A stretch of DNA of 64,000 nt from Okamejei kenojei (lineage: Eukaryota), in contig CM069141.1 in assembly GCA_035221665.1 (NCBI GenBank), forward strand, positions 28,396,001 to 28,460,000, in the 5' to 3' direction. The first letter of the stretch is position 1. Each line of letters opens with the position of its first letter. Under the pieces are notes generated by a model. That model saw only the letters and a program-made list of their open reading frames with translations, was not told the DNA's origin and ran no database searches. Shown one piece after another: positions 52,291-62,982 of the stretch. The translations under genes were made by a program, and so were the position numbers.

Positions 52291-53677
52291 AATGTATTGT
52301 GGCTCATTGTGATTTCATACTAATAACAGTCTGTTAACTTGAAAAGGATGCCATTTGTTATTGTCACAGACTACTGGCAATCTATGATAAATAATCCTAA
52401 ATGTTATTCTTCCCACAGCATTATTAGATTGCATGTTTTTCATCTCTTTAATTGATAGTGCAATATTTCAGAATTTAGACATAATTGCAAGATTCTTATC
52501 TAACCAGGAATATCAGTTAGAGACTTTGAGTCAGTGGTAAGGATAGTTTATGGGCAAATACTCAACTAGCAGAGATCCCATTTTTAAGGAGGCAACTCCC
52601 AATACATTTCCTGCCCTTCTTCCGTGAGATGAACTCTAAACTAACAATTCGCAGAAGTACTCTCAATGTAGCTGCAAAGAAAGTAACATATTCCAGTAAT
52701 GCACAATGGACTAGAAATTCACTCCCTGATCAGTAATGCACTTGTAGGTGTATAACAGCAGTTATACACTATCTCTGAAATTTGCTTCTATTGACTTTCA
52801 CAGAATCAATTATCAGAAACATTGCAGAATGAGCAACTACTGTTATACAATGCCTTTAGTTCCATCTACCAGGATTTTTAATTGTACGAGGTTTTGTTTG
52901 AATTAAAATTAGTTTAAGGAAGAATCGTTCCTTTACAAAATCCTCACTTCAGTAGTTACACGTTTGAATTTAGTATAATAAAGGTATATAAGAAGAAACA
53001 AACATGATAGGAATAATGATAGTCCCTCTTAATAGTCCGTTTCCAATGTGCCAAATAAATGAAGAACTAAAATCCATTAATAGTCATTTTTGATACTTTT
53101 GGTAGAGCCAGGCCCCCCAACACCAGATTTCAGGTTTGTTGGCTTTAGATACATTTGAAGGTTCCCCAGCTTCAGGTCAAATTGGACCACCGTAGCAGTT
53201 TGCATTTAAGTATTTGAGAATGTATGCTAAAAGTTGTACACATAGACAAAGGGGCTGAGAACTTTCAACACCGGATCAAGTGGGCACATGCTCCATTTGT
53301 GTGCAATGGTCACTTAAGGTAGCAAGATTATTGTTGGTCCTTCATTCTCAGCTTAATTCATAGCAGAACACACTTTTAAATTTGGACAAAGAAAATGATC
53401 ACGACCAAATCTACAACCATATAATATCAGATCTTATAATTACCTTTGAAGAATTACCAATCAGGTCAAAACTGTACAGGCAAGATCAGTTTAATTTGGC
53501 ATCATGTTTGGCACATACTGTGTTGTACTGTTTTATGTTCTATATTAAAACTATACATATTGGTTATCTGAAATGAAAGTAGGATAGTTGGAAGTGTAAA
53601 GCGATTTGCTTACCATACGAAAGAAAGATTTGGAGGTAATTCCTCAGATCAAGCAGATTAAATGATCCCAAACCAAG

Positions 53678-53770
53678 GTCTGAAGAATGGTCTCGACCTA
53701 AAACATCACTTATTCCTTTTCTCCAGAGATGCTGCATGACCCAATGAGTTACACCAGCATTTTGTTTCTG
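53678..53770 (+). mobile_element. Penelope pLTR fragment with inactivated hammerhead
   Basis: CTGAAGA-ATGGTCTCGACCT-AAAACATC (GAAA lost) followed by pLTR sequence. Confidence 0.75.
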
Positions 53771-54422
53771 TATTCTTTCAGATGTTGATTTACTTACTCA
53801 GCGCTTCTCATTTTATTCATTTTATTTTAAGGATATAAAGTTGAACTTTATGGGACAAGATTCCCGAGGGAGAATCTTCACTAAGTAGCAATGAGAGTAC
53901 TGAGTGTGCAACTCGACATGTTTGATTCGCTCTGCTCACAATTTTCTTGTCATTAACTTTAGTGAAGTGTCACCCCTTACAATTTGATCGTCAAGCTGCG
54001 GAAGGAGTGAAGCCCCAAGAAGATTTTCTCCATATATTAGAATATAGAATTTAGTCCAACTCACAAAATATTTCAGTGGCTAGTATATTTGTTTAAAAAA
54101 AAATTTGTGACCATTGGACAAACTGCTGTAATAATAATAATGTTAAAATTGTTTAATGTCCTAGAGCTTCTAATCATAAATCATTAGAAGTGAACCCCAA
54201 ACCATTGATGTATGTGGCAACATTTCCAAAGCACATCTTGAACATTATATCAACATTAAGGTTTAAAACCATTTTAAGTGAGTTATGTTTACACATTTCA
54301 ACAATAAATTTACAAAGTGAGTGATTTCAGATATTTTGCTGTAGGTGATGAGAGAAGGAATGTAACATAATGTTGCTCTCTGGAATGGTTTGTTTATCCA
54401 CAGGCTTCTGATCTTCTATAGA

Positions 54423-54506
54423 CCTTCTCCTCAGGGTCCAGTTTTCCCAGGAATCCCTTCTGTACTGATAAGGGGATTCCTGGAAATACTGTTCTTGGGG
54501 GCAAGG
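54423..54506 (+). ncRNA. mir145: pre-miR-145 hairpin
   Basis: 5p arm GTCCAGTTTTCCCAGGAATCCCT (54436-54458) and 3p arm GGATTCCTGGAAATACTGTTCT (54474-54495) match vertebrate miR-145 as I recall it; CNNC (CAGC) at 54512; clustered with miR-143. Confidence 0.98.
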
Positions 54507-54633
54507 CTTGGCAGCTATCCAATGAGGAAAACTCCAAAGCAACAAGTTCATAAAAGCCTCTGGGTCACTGTGGGAAAGTGGATCCTTTACATTATATTTG
54601 TGAGAACATGCTCCAAATGTGAAAACTTAGTGC

Positions 54634-54649
54634 AATAAATATAAATAAA
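54634..54649 (+). terminator. Candidate polyadenylation signals of the pri-miR-143/145 host transcript
   Basis: Two AATAAA (54634-54639, 54644-54649) in non-repeat DNA about 130 nt after the miR-145 hairpin. Confidence 0.45.
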
Positions 54650-54886
54650 AACAAATTGTATATCATTGAACTCAGTGTCCGATTCTATTTTTAAAGTATC
54701 ACTTACGTCAGCAGATTCTGGATTTCCAAACAGAGGGAAAGAATTCTTAAATATTCACCATTAATTAAAAAATACTAACCTATGCTTCTCACAAGTCAAC
54801 TATTGCAATTTGAGGAGACAATGTTCAACCAGTCTCCATGTTGATGTACATTTTGCTACAGAATTTTGTGACTTAAAAGTGCTGAA

Positions 54887-55095
54887 AGTTCAAGCGAGTT
54901 TATTGTCATATGTCCCTGATAGGACAATTAAATTCTTGCTTCGCTTCAGCACACAGAACATAGTAGGCATTTACTACAAAACAGATCAGTGTGTCCAAAT
55001 ATCATTATATAAATACATACACACATGAATAAATAAACTCATAAAGTGCAAACAACACATAATGGGTTATTAATGATCAGAGTTTTGTCTGATGA
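54887..55095 (-). mobile_element. Rex/Babar-type 3' UTR and tail
   Basis: TGTCC-loop-GGACA-T-ATGA-CAATAAA stem-loop plus short repeat tail. Confidence 0.65.
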
Positions 55096-55163
55096 AAAAA
55101 TAGAGAGAGATAGTTTGAAAAGCAGGACATCGAGCATGGTAATCTCTGGATTACTCCCAGTGT

Positions 55164-56018
55164 CATAGAAACATAGACATAGAAAATAGGTGCAGGAGTA
55201 GCCCATTCGGCCCTTCGAGCCTGCACCGCCATTCAATATGATCATGGCTGATCATCCAACTCAGTATCCTGTACCTGCCTTCTCTCCATACACCCTGATC
55301 CCTTTAGCCACAAGGCCACATCTAACTCCCTCTTAAATATAGCCAATGAACTGGCCTCAACTACCTTCTGTGACAGAGAATTCCACAGATTCACCACTCT
55401 CTGTGTGAAAAATGATTTTCTCATCATGGTCCTAAAAGACTTCCCCCTTATCTTTAAACTGTGACCCCTTGTTCTGGAGTTCCCCAACATCGGGAACAAT
55501 CTTCCTGTATCTAGCCTGTCCAACCCCTTAAGAATTTTGTAAGTCTCTATAAGATCCCCCCTCAATCTTCTAAATTCCAGCGAGTACAAGCCGAGTCTAT
55601 CCAGTCTTTCTTTATATGGAAGTCCTGCCATCCCAAAAATCAGTCTGGTGAACCTTCTCTGTACTCCCTCTATGGCAAGAATGTCTTTCCTCAGATTAGG
55701 AGACCAAAACTGTACGCAATACTCCAGGTGTGGCCTCACCAAGACCCTGTACAACTGCAGTAGAATCTCCCTGCTCTTGTACTCAAATCCTTTTGCTATG
55801 AATGCCAACATGCCATTCGCTTTCTTCACAGCCTGCATGCCTACTTTCAATGACTGGTGTACCATAACACCCAGGTCTCGTTTTATCTCCCCTTTTCCTA
55901 ATCGGCCACCATTCAGATAATAGTCTACCCTCCTGTTTTTGCCACCAAAGTGGATAACTTCACATTTATCCACATTATACTGCATCTGCCATGCATTTGC
56001 CCACTCACCCAACCTATC
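55164..56018 (-). mobile_element. Young 5'-truncated CR1 LINE
   Basis: DRLGEWANAWQMQYNVDKCEVIHFG...LVRPHLEYCVQFWSP; same subfamily as 38004-38757. Confidence 0.95.
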
Positions 56019-56022
56019 ATGT

Positions 56023-56320
56023 GTGACAAGGTAGCGCAGAAGTAGAGTTGCTGCCTTACAGCACCAGAGATCAGGTTCAATCCTGACCATGGGTGCTATC
56101 TGTATAAAGTTTGTACATTCTCCCTGTGACTGCATGGGTTTTCTCCGGGTGCTTCGGTTTCCTCCCACATTCCAAAGACATACAGGTTTGTAGATTAATT
56201 GACTTCTGTAAATAGTCCTTAGAGTGTAGTATAGAACTAGTGTACAGGTGATCACTGGCCACTGTGGTCTCAGTGGACCAAAGATTCTGTTTCCACATTG
56301 TATCTCTAAACTAAACTAAA
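56023..56320 (+). mobile_element. HE1/V-type SINE, full length
   Basis: GGTTCAATCC B-box, central domain, TGTATCTCTAAACTAAACTAAA tail. Confidence 0.9.
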
Positions 56321-56344
56321 CAATGGGGGAAGGTTTAGAAGGTT

Positions 56345-56440
56345 AATTCAGATGAGTACATGGTTGAGGAGGTGGTACAGGAGTCAAGGATTCATTTTTT
56401 GGATCATTGAGATTCCTTCTAGGGGCAGAGGTGACCTGTT
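56345..56440 (+). mobile_element. CR1 ORF1 esterase (SGNH-like) fragment
   Basis: MSTWLRRWYRSQGF.F, frameshift, then DH.D.F.GRGDL resembles the CR1 ORF1 esterase segment. Confidence 0.55.
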
Positions 56441-56441
56441 T

Positions 56442-56650
56442 ACACACATACACACACACACAAAGCCATTTAATCTACATACCTGTATGTCCTTTGGAGT
56501 GTGGGAGGAAACCGAAGATCTTGGAGAAAACCCACGCAAGTGATGGGGAGAACCTACAAACTCCATACAGACAGCACCTGTAGTCAGGAAAGAACCCGGG
56601 TCTCTAGCGCAGTAAGGCAGTAGCTTTAGGCTGTGCTTCCATGCTGCCCG
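56442..56650 (-). mobile_element. HE1/V-type SINE, 5' part
   Basis: Homologous to 10069-10300. Confidence 0.85.
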
Positions 56651-56882
56651 TGTGGTTGGTCCACTTTGGGTTTCTGGCCAATGGTGATGCCCGGGATATT
56701 GATGGGATGGGTGGGTGTGGGGAAAGGATCAGCGATGGTAACACCATTGAGGGTCTAGGGTCACACGTTAAACTCCATTGTTGGAGATGACCATTGCCCA
56801 AGACATGAATTATGTCAATTCTACAGATCACTTATCCGTCCATGGCAGAAAGTTGCATACATTTTGTTGCATGCCAACATCT

Positions 56883-57284
56883 ATCAATCAATCAAATACT
56901 TTTTGTCATTCAAAAATACACCAACAAATGCAAATCTGAAGGAAATTTCGTTGCATCTGGCTCACCGTGCAACATAAAATAACAAAAGGATAAAATAGAT
57001 AAAAAGATAAAATAGATAATAGTGGCGGCACATTATATGGAATTCAGGAGTCTGATGGCTCGAGGGAGAAGCTGGTGCAGAACCTGGCCGTTCTGCTCCA
57101 TATACTGCGATGACTCTTGCCATAGGGCAGCAGTGTGAACAGTCCATGATGGAGATGTGTGGGGTCTTTTATAATGCTGTTGGCCTTGGACAAGCAATGT
57201 TTGCACGCAATGTCCCGGATTGAAGGAAGAGAAGTCCCGATGACCTTTTTCAGCCGTCCTCACCACTCTCTGCACGGACTTCCA
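56883..57284 (-). mobile_element. Rex/Babar LINE 3' fragment
   Basis: QRVVRTAEK...IIKDPTHLHHGLFTLLP.G...SFSPRAIRLLN; (TGAT)n tail. Confidence 0.85.
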
Positions 57285-57632
57285 GTGGACTGCTTTATTT
57301 GCTGAGAAGAATTAAATATCATGCAATCATCAATATTGAGCATTCCCGCTTCTGACCACCTGCCATTGGTGATGGTAGGCATCCAAGGAACTCCTAGAGA
57401 GACCTCATAAGGCTATGTTCTTTCAGCTCATCAACAACAATCACCTTCCTTTGGTAGATGTACAGCACCAACCACTGGAATATTATTCCTGTTGATTCAC
57501 ATTGACATTTTTTTCCTGAATTCTTTGATGTTAGATGCAATCACTTTCTCCTCAAAAATTCAGCAACTTAGTCCATTTTGGATCAAGGCTATGATGAGGC
57601 TTGCAGTCCATTAGTCTTGGCGAAGCCTGACT

Positions 57633-57943
57633 AGTTTAGTTTAGTTTAGTTTAGAGATACAGCAAGGAAACGGGCCCTTTAACCAAATGACTCCATGTCA
57701 ACCATTGACCACCCATTCACGCGAGTTCCATGCTAACCCACTTTTTCATCCACTCCTACACACACAGTGCAATTTTACAGAAGCTAATTAACTTACAAAC
57801 CCACACTTTGTTAGGGATATGGGAGGAAACTGGAGCACCTAGAGGAATCCAACACAGGGAGAAGGTGCAAATTTTGCGAAGAGAGCAACCTAGATCAGGA
57901 TCGAACCTGGGTTTCTGGCGTGAGACCCAAAGCTGTGCCATTG
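57633..57943 (-). mobile_element. HE1/V-type SINE
   Basis: (CTAAA)n tail, central domain, GGTTCGATCC B-box. Confidence 0.85.
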
Positions 57944-57974
57944 TTATCGAATTGAAGAGTTACAAATTGTAAAG

Positions 57975-58565
57975 CCAGAGGAAGAAATAGTGGAGGGAGA
58001 GGAGAGTAATAGGTGTGAGTCCAGGTGTGGAACAGGGAATGGCTGGCGGAAAGGAGGGTGTGGAAGAGAAAGGAGAGGGAAAGGGCGTGGACCTATTGGA
58101 GATTACCTAAAATTGGAGAATTCAATGTTCATTTCATTGTGATGTGAGCTACCCGATTCCTCCAGTTTGCGTATGGTCTCACTCTGCCAATGAGGGAGGC
58201 CCATGACAGAAAGGAGAGTATGGGCATGGGAAGGAGAGTTAAAATAGCTAGCAACCGGGAGTTCTGGTAGGCCCTAGCCAATTAGTCCGAAGAAGGGTCC
58301 TGACCAGAAACGTCACATATTCGTGTTCTCCATGAATGCTGCCTGAACCCCCCCCCCCCCCCCCCCCCCCCCCGGTTACTCCAGCATTCTGTGTCTTTTT
58401 TTTGTAAACCAACCTCTGCAGTCTGAAAAGGTGCCGACCTAAAAGGTCACATATCCATTTCATCCAGAGATGCTATCTGACCCGCTTAGTTACTCCAGCA
58501 CTTTGTGTCTATTTTTGGTATAAATCAGCATCTGGAGTTCTTTGTTTCGGCAGTTCCTTGTTTCT
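57975..58565. mobile_element. Penelope element: inverted GIY-YIG 3' end plus two tandem pLTR/hammerhead units
   Basis: - strand ..MNIEFSNFR terminus (about 58100-58275); + strand units starting about 58283 and 58421. Confidence 0.8.
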
Positions 58566-59257
58566 TCACTTTGCTACTGTTCGAGAGTTAACGGATTGGG
58601 CAGGATTAGTAGTTCAATGGTACTTTGTGTGAATTGGATACATCCTGCTTCTTGTGAACAGGACACACCTGGATTATTTTCCAAATCAGTAGCTAGATAC
58701 CACTATTGTAATTATACTGCAGAAGGTTGGCTACCAACATAGTTTGTTTGGGAGCACTGGAACTCAGTGCTACAGCTGGGATGCAGTCTGCTCTAGTAGC
58801 CTTTGAAATAGTTCTTATTCTGCAATCTAGTGACACAGAATGTATCCCATTAATGAGGCTGATTCATGTTCTCGTTCACAGATAATCTAGCCCACATTTG
58901 AAAATATGCAATTCACTTCAGGTGAAGTTAAGGATAGAAATTTAAAAAAAAACAGATGAAGATGCTTGATTGTATTTAGTCGTCACTACAATAAAAATGG
59001 CCATGGCAGCCATTTGTGCCGTGGGTTCTGCCTTCTGTTCAATTGCAGGGATGGGGAGAGGCAAGTTAAAGCCATTATTAAAACACTTGCAGAACGTCTA
59101 GCATCTGGCCTAAAAGTAGTATAAACATTTTCATGCATGGAAACTGTAAAGTATTGATACAGTATTTATCTAGCATTGAAAGCTGGCCCGTCAATTTCCC
59201 CTTCTCCTTATATCATATCAACATTTGACTTCTGGGTGACTTTGAAGTTCTCGTTAA

Positions 59258-60534
59258 AAAACATTACAATTACAGAATGTACCACTAGCTCTTCCAATAG
59301 TAAACAATATTTCTTTTAAACCTTCATTGATGGACAAAGGTTTCTTAAAATGGAAGAACTATGGAATAAATAAGATCGGTGATCTTTATAGGGAAAACTT
59401 ATTTCTCTCATTTCAGGAATTACAACAAAATTATGGATTACATTTTAAAGAATATTTTCGATATCTACAAATTAGAGATTATGTTAAATCAAATACACTG
59501 GATTTTCAGGAATAGAAAGACAGAAATTTTAGATGAATGTTTAAATAAACATCCGAATACAGAGAAATTAATATCATATATTTATAATATTTTATTGGAA
59601 AATGATTTACCAAATACGGATAAATATAGACAAGCATGGGAAAATGAACTAGGTCAAGTAATCAGTAGAGAAGTATGGAATGAAAGTTTACAATATATAC
59701 ATCATTGTTCATTAAATGCTAGACACTCCTTGATACAATTTAAAGTTATACATAGATTACATCTCTCAAAGTCCAAATTAAATAGAATTTTCTCAAATGT
59801 GTCCGCAATATGTGATAAGTGTCAACAATTAGAAGCTAATTTAACGCATTCATTCACAAAATGTATAAAAATCACTAATTTTTGGATAGAAATTTTTTAA
59901 ATAATCTCAATTGTAGTTAATGCAAAGTTGATTCGAAACTAATTATATTGGGAATACTGGAAACAAATCAGATATTAACAACACAACAAATAATTTTTAT
60001 CGGTTATAGTTTAATAATTGGTAAAAAATTAATACTAAGATTTTGGAAAGGTCCTACTTCCCCCACAACTAAAATGTGGATTACAGAAATGTCGGAGACG
60101 TTACACTTGGAACGATTAAGGCTTGCCCTGATGGACAGGCTGGACCAGTTCAGAGGAATATGGTCTCCATTTATTGAATATTTAAAGGGTCAAGATGGTC
60201 CGGTTCGAAGCCATGACGGAGGCCTGAATGTATGAATGGATGAAGAATTATAGACAATAGATCATAAATATATCTCCATTGAAGAATATCTTGTTTAATA
60301 TTCCACTCAATCAGTTTATCTCTCTCTTTTTTTTTTCCTTTTCTTTTTCTCTTTTTTATTTCCTACTACTATAAAATAAAAAAGAAAATTATAGAAGTAC
60401 AAATAAGATTGATTGTTAATTTAAAAAAAATATTAAGAATGTATGTGACGTTAATATTTTCTTTTGTTTTAATTAGATTTTATATTTCTTCTTAATATGT
60501 AATTACTTCTAATAAAAATATCTTACAAAAAAAA
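59258..60534 (+). mobile_element. 5'-truncated L1-clade LINE (ORF2 C-terminus, 3' UTR, polyA) with 14-bp TSD
   Basis: LIQFKVIHRLH..CDKC....ANLTHSFTKC zinc knuckle; AATAAA at 60511 and A tail; TSD GAAGTTCTCGTTAA at 59244-59257 and 60535-60548. Confidence 0.93.
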
Positions 60535-61054
60535 GAAGTTCTCGTTAATTTTTATTGTCCTTCAATAAAAACTCCTATATTAACAGAAAATAAATATTTC
60601 TTCCTGATGTTTAGGTACACTTGAGAGGGAACAATCTCAATTTTATTTTGCGGTGCTGGGACCAAGTCCGTTCATAATGACATGTTTCAAATTATAGTAT
60701 TCTGCATTTTTATGTTTGATGGAGCAATCTGCCTCAATATAAAATATTTTATTGAAATTAATAACTTTTTGGCAGGAAGCAAGTCTCCAGAGGGAGAAAG
60801 ATTATGGCTGGCTTTCCCCAAGCCTGACAGACCCAGAGGTAATAAAAAGTGTTACAATGGCATTTCGTGAAGGTCTTTTGCAAGAATGAAAAATGCTTGT
60901 GGCTCCGTCACCAGTTTATTTTATGAGTGTGAGGCCCCTTACAAGGCCTTCAATTGCTCTGTGGAGCACATTACATTGCCTTTTGCCACTATTTATCATT
61001 TTCAAGAAAGTGATGTATTGAATGATCACAAAGTTTAAGCAAGTAGATTGAGGT

Positions 61055-61318
61055 TTAGATAGAGCTATTGTATAATTACTGAATTATTGGTCTAAAGACA
61101 CAAGTTCAAATCCCACTTTGACAACTGAGAACTTAAATTTAAGAAGACTTAAAGAAATCTCAAATAAAAAATAGAGACTGGATTTTTGTAAAAACATATC
61201 TGGCTCGCTGATATCCTTGCTAAAGGAATACACCACGCCTATATATGTCACCAGATTCTTCAACAGGATTGACTTGTGACAGGTCTCTGAGAGTGCCCAA
61301 CAAGCCATCACGTTCAAA
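61055..61318 (+). mobile_element. Old tRNA-derived SINE (second family)
   Basis: AGTTCAAATCCC B-box; body homologous to 6232-6432. Confidence 0.6.
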
Positions 61319-61319
61319 G

Positions 61320-61417
61320 ATAGAAACAAAATGCTGGTGCAACTCAGCGGGTCAGGCAGCATCTCTGGAGAAAATAAATATGTGACCTTTTGGGTCGAGA
61401 CCCTTCTTCAGTCTGAT
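61320..61417 (-). mobile_element. Penelope pLTR fragment
   Basis: CTGAAGAAGGGTCTCGACCCAAAAGGTC (mutated hammerhead) plus pLTR. Confidence 0.8.
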
Positions 61418-62573
61418 CTCCTTGTATCAACAGGGCATAACATTTTCAGAATGCTTTTATTTGATCAGAAAAGTTTGTAAGTCATAATAATTTATTAGCA
61501 ATTCACTAATCCCATTGGTTTTAATGGGTAAAACAACATTGTCAAACTTTGCGACACATTGTCCATTAAAAATAGTAAACATTCTGTCACCGCATCTGAT
61601 TATACTATATAGTAAAATTATTAGAACTTGCTGGTAAATTGTCTGTGACATTGCTCATGCTTACTTGAAAACTTGAAATATGTTAGTATTTATCTAGCAC
61701 TGAAAGCTGGCCCGTCAATTTCCCATCCATTGATCGCCATCTCTGGATCACATTGATCGCCATCTCTGTCCATGCATTGCCTTCCACCCATTTCCACCCC
61801 ATTCCCTACTCCAAAACCTTTCTGTGGTCCATGACCCAACTGCATGTTGCAGTCCACAGGCCTCTAGAATACTGTTGTACTTTGTTCAAAACTGCGAATA
61901 GACATGTTTCATATTTTTCCTCTGGTTAAATGTTCTGAACAAAAACATGCAATGGAACATTCTTCTCGACAACATAACAGGGTTAGAGACTAACAACAAA
62001 CATTGGCATTCGCGGCAAATGTGTCAGTACTGTAAATCATGAGCATCTGGGTGGGTTAGAGAGATGCAAGGATTTTGTCTGGCACACGTTTGGTATCCTC
62101 CAACCTGTGCTATCAATCACAAACATCTCCTTGCCCTGTCAAGCCACATGCAATTTGGGCAAAAGAGCAAAGTGATGGTAAATGTGCATTCTGAGGAATT
62201 CTATCCTATTACAGTGAAATATAAAACAAAGATAACAACAGCTAACACAACTCTGCAGCATCAAACAGGGCAGCATTTACTTTTTGGGTGCAATTATATT
62301 TGCTTTCCAAAGTGAAGCTGGGGTTTAATCTTATGTGGAAACCAATTTACATAATCTTCCATAAAAATATGCTCTAGCAACTTTTCAGAAGACCGGAAAC
62401 ATTGATTTTTTTTCCCTTTTCCACTGAATTATATTTCTGCATTTAATTGTACGTTAACCTGGTGCAGATCTATTAATGCAGCTGGAAAATCACACAGAAA
62501 ACACAGCAAATTACAAACAAAGATTTTTAACCAATGCTTACATCATTACCACTGAAGAACTTAATTTTGAAAT

Positions 62574-62664
62574 TAGACACAAAAAGCTGGAGTAACTCAG
62601 CTGGTTAGGCTGCATCTTTGGAGAGAAGGAATGGGTGATGTTTCGGGTTGAGACCTTTCTTCAG
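62574..62664 (-). mobile_element. Penelope pLTR fragment with near-intact hammerhead
   Basis: CTGAAGA-AAGGTC-TC-AACCC-GAAACATC at 62637-62664. Confidence 0.8.
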
Positions 62665-62982
62665 AAGTGATTGAAAATGAAACATATTTACTTATTCAAT
62701 TCATATCCCCCTTCTCAGTTGCAGAGCACATTAAATACTTGATATCTGCTCTGGAGTTCGCAGGGTGACTGGGACTAGTTAACATTATATGACTGTATCA
62801 CCAAATCCCATAACCCACTGTATTATTGCTGAGGGACTAAGAAAGTGAGGTATGTTACTGGAATACAGCAAAGCAGCCAGGACCCCAGATCCAACTCCGG
62901 ATCCTGCCCCTCATGCGTAATACAATCCATTTAAAAAATAGTCTAAATTTTAGGTTTGGTACCTACTCTTTAAGTGACCTTC

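Larger units (their letters stand above)
56653..58815 (-). mobile_element. Old CR1/L2-superclade LINE RT, fragmented by three nested insertions
   Basis: Collinear pieces 56653-56880, 57285-57632, 58565-58815 with remnants of QVCPVHKKQD, GVP and ..DDC motifs on - strand. Confidence 0.65.

Noticed and set aside
55242-56255. Longest ORF (337 aa)
   Set aside because: Antisense SINE sequence fused in frame to a truncated CR1 ORF2
57633-57654. (TTTAG)n arrays here and at about 1392, 39050, 49085 as telomere-like or CRISPR-like repeats
   Set aside because: They are SINE/LINE 3' tails; no repeat-spacer structure anywhere in the window
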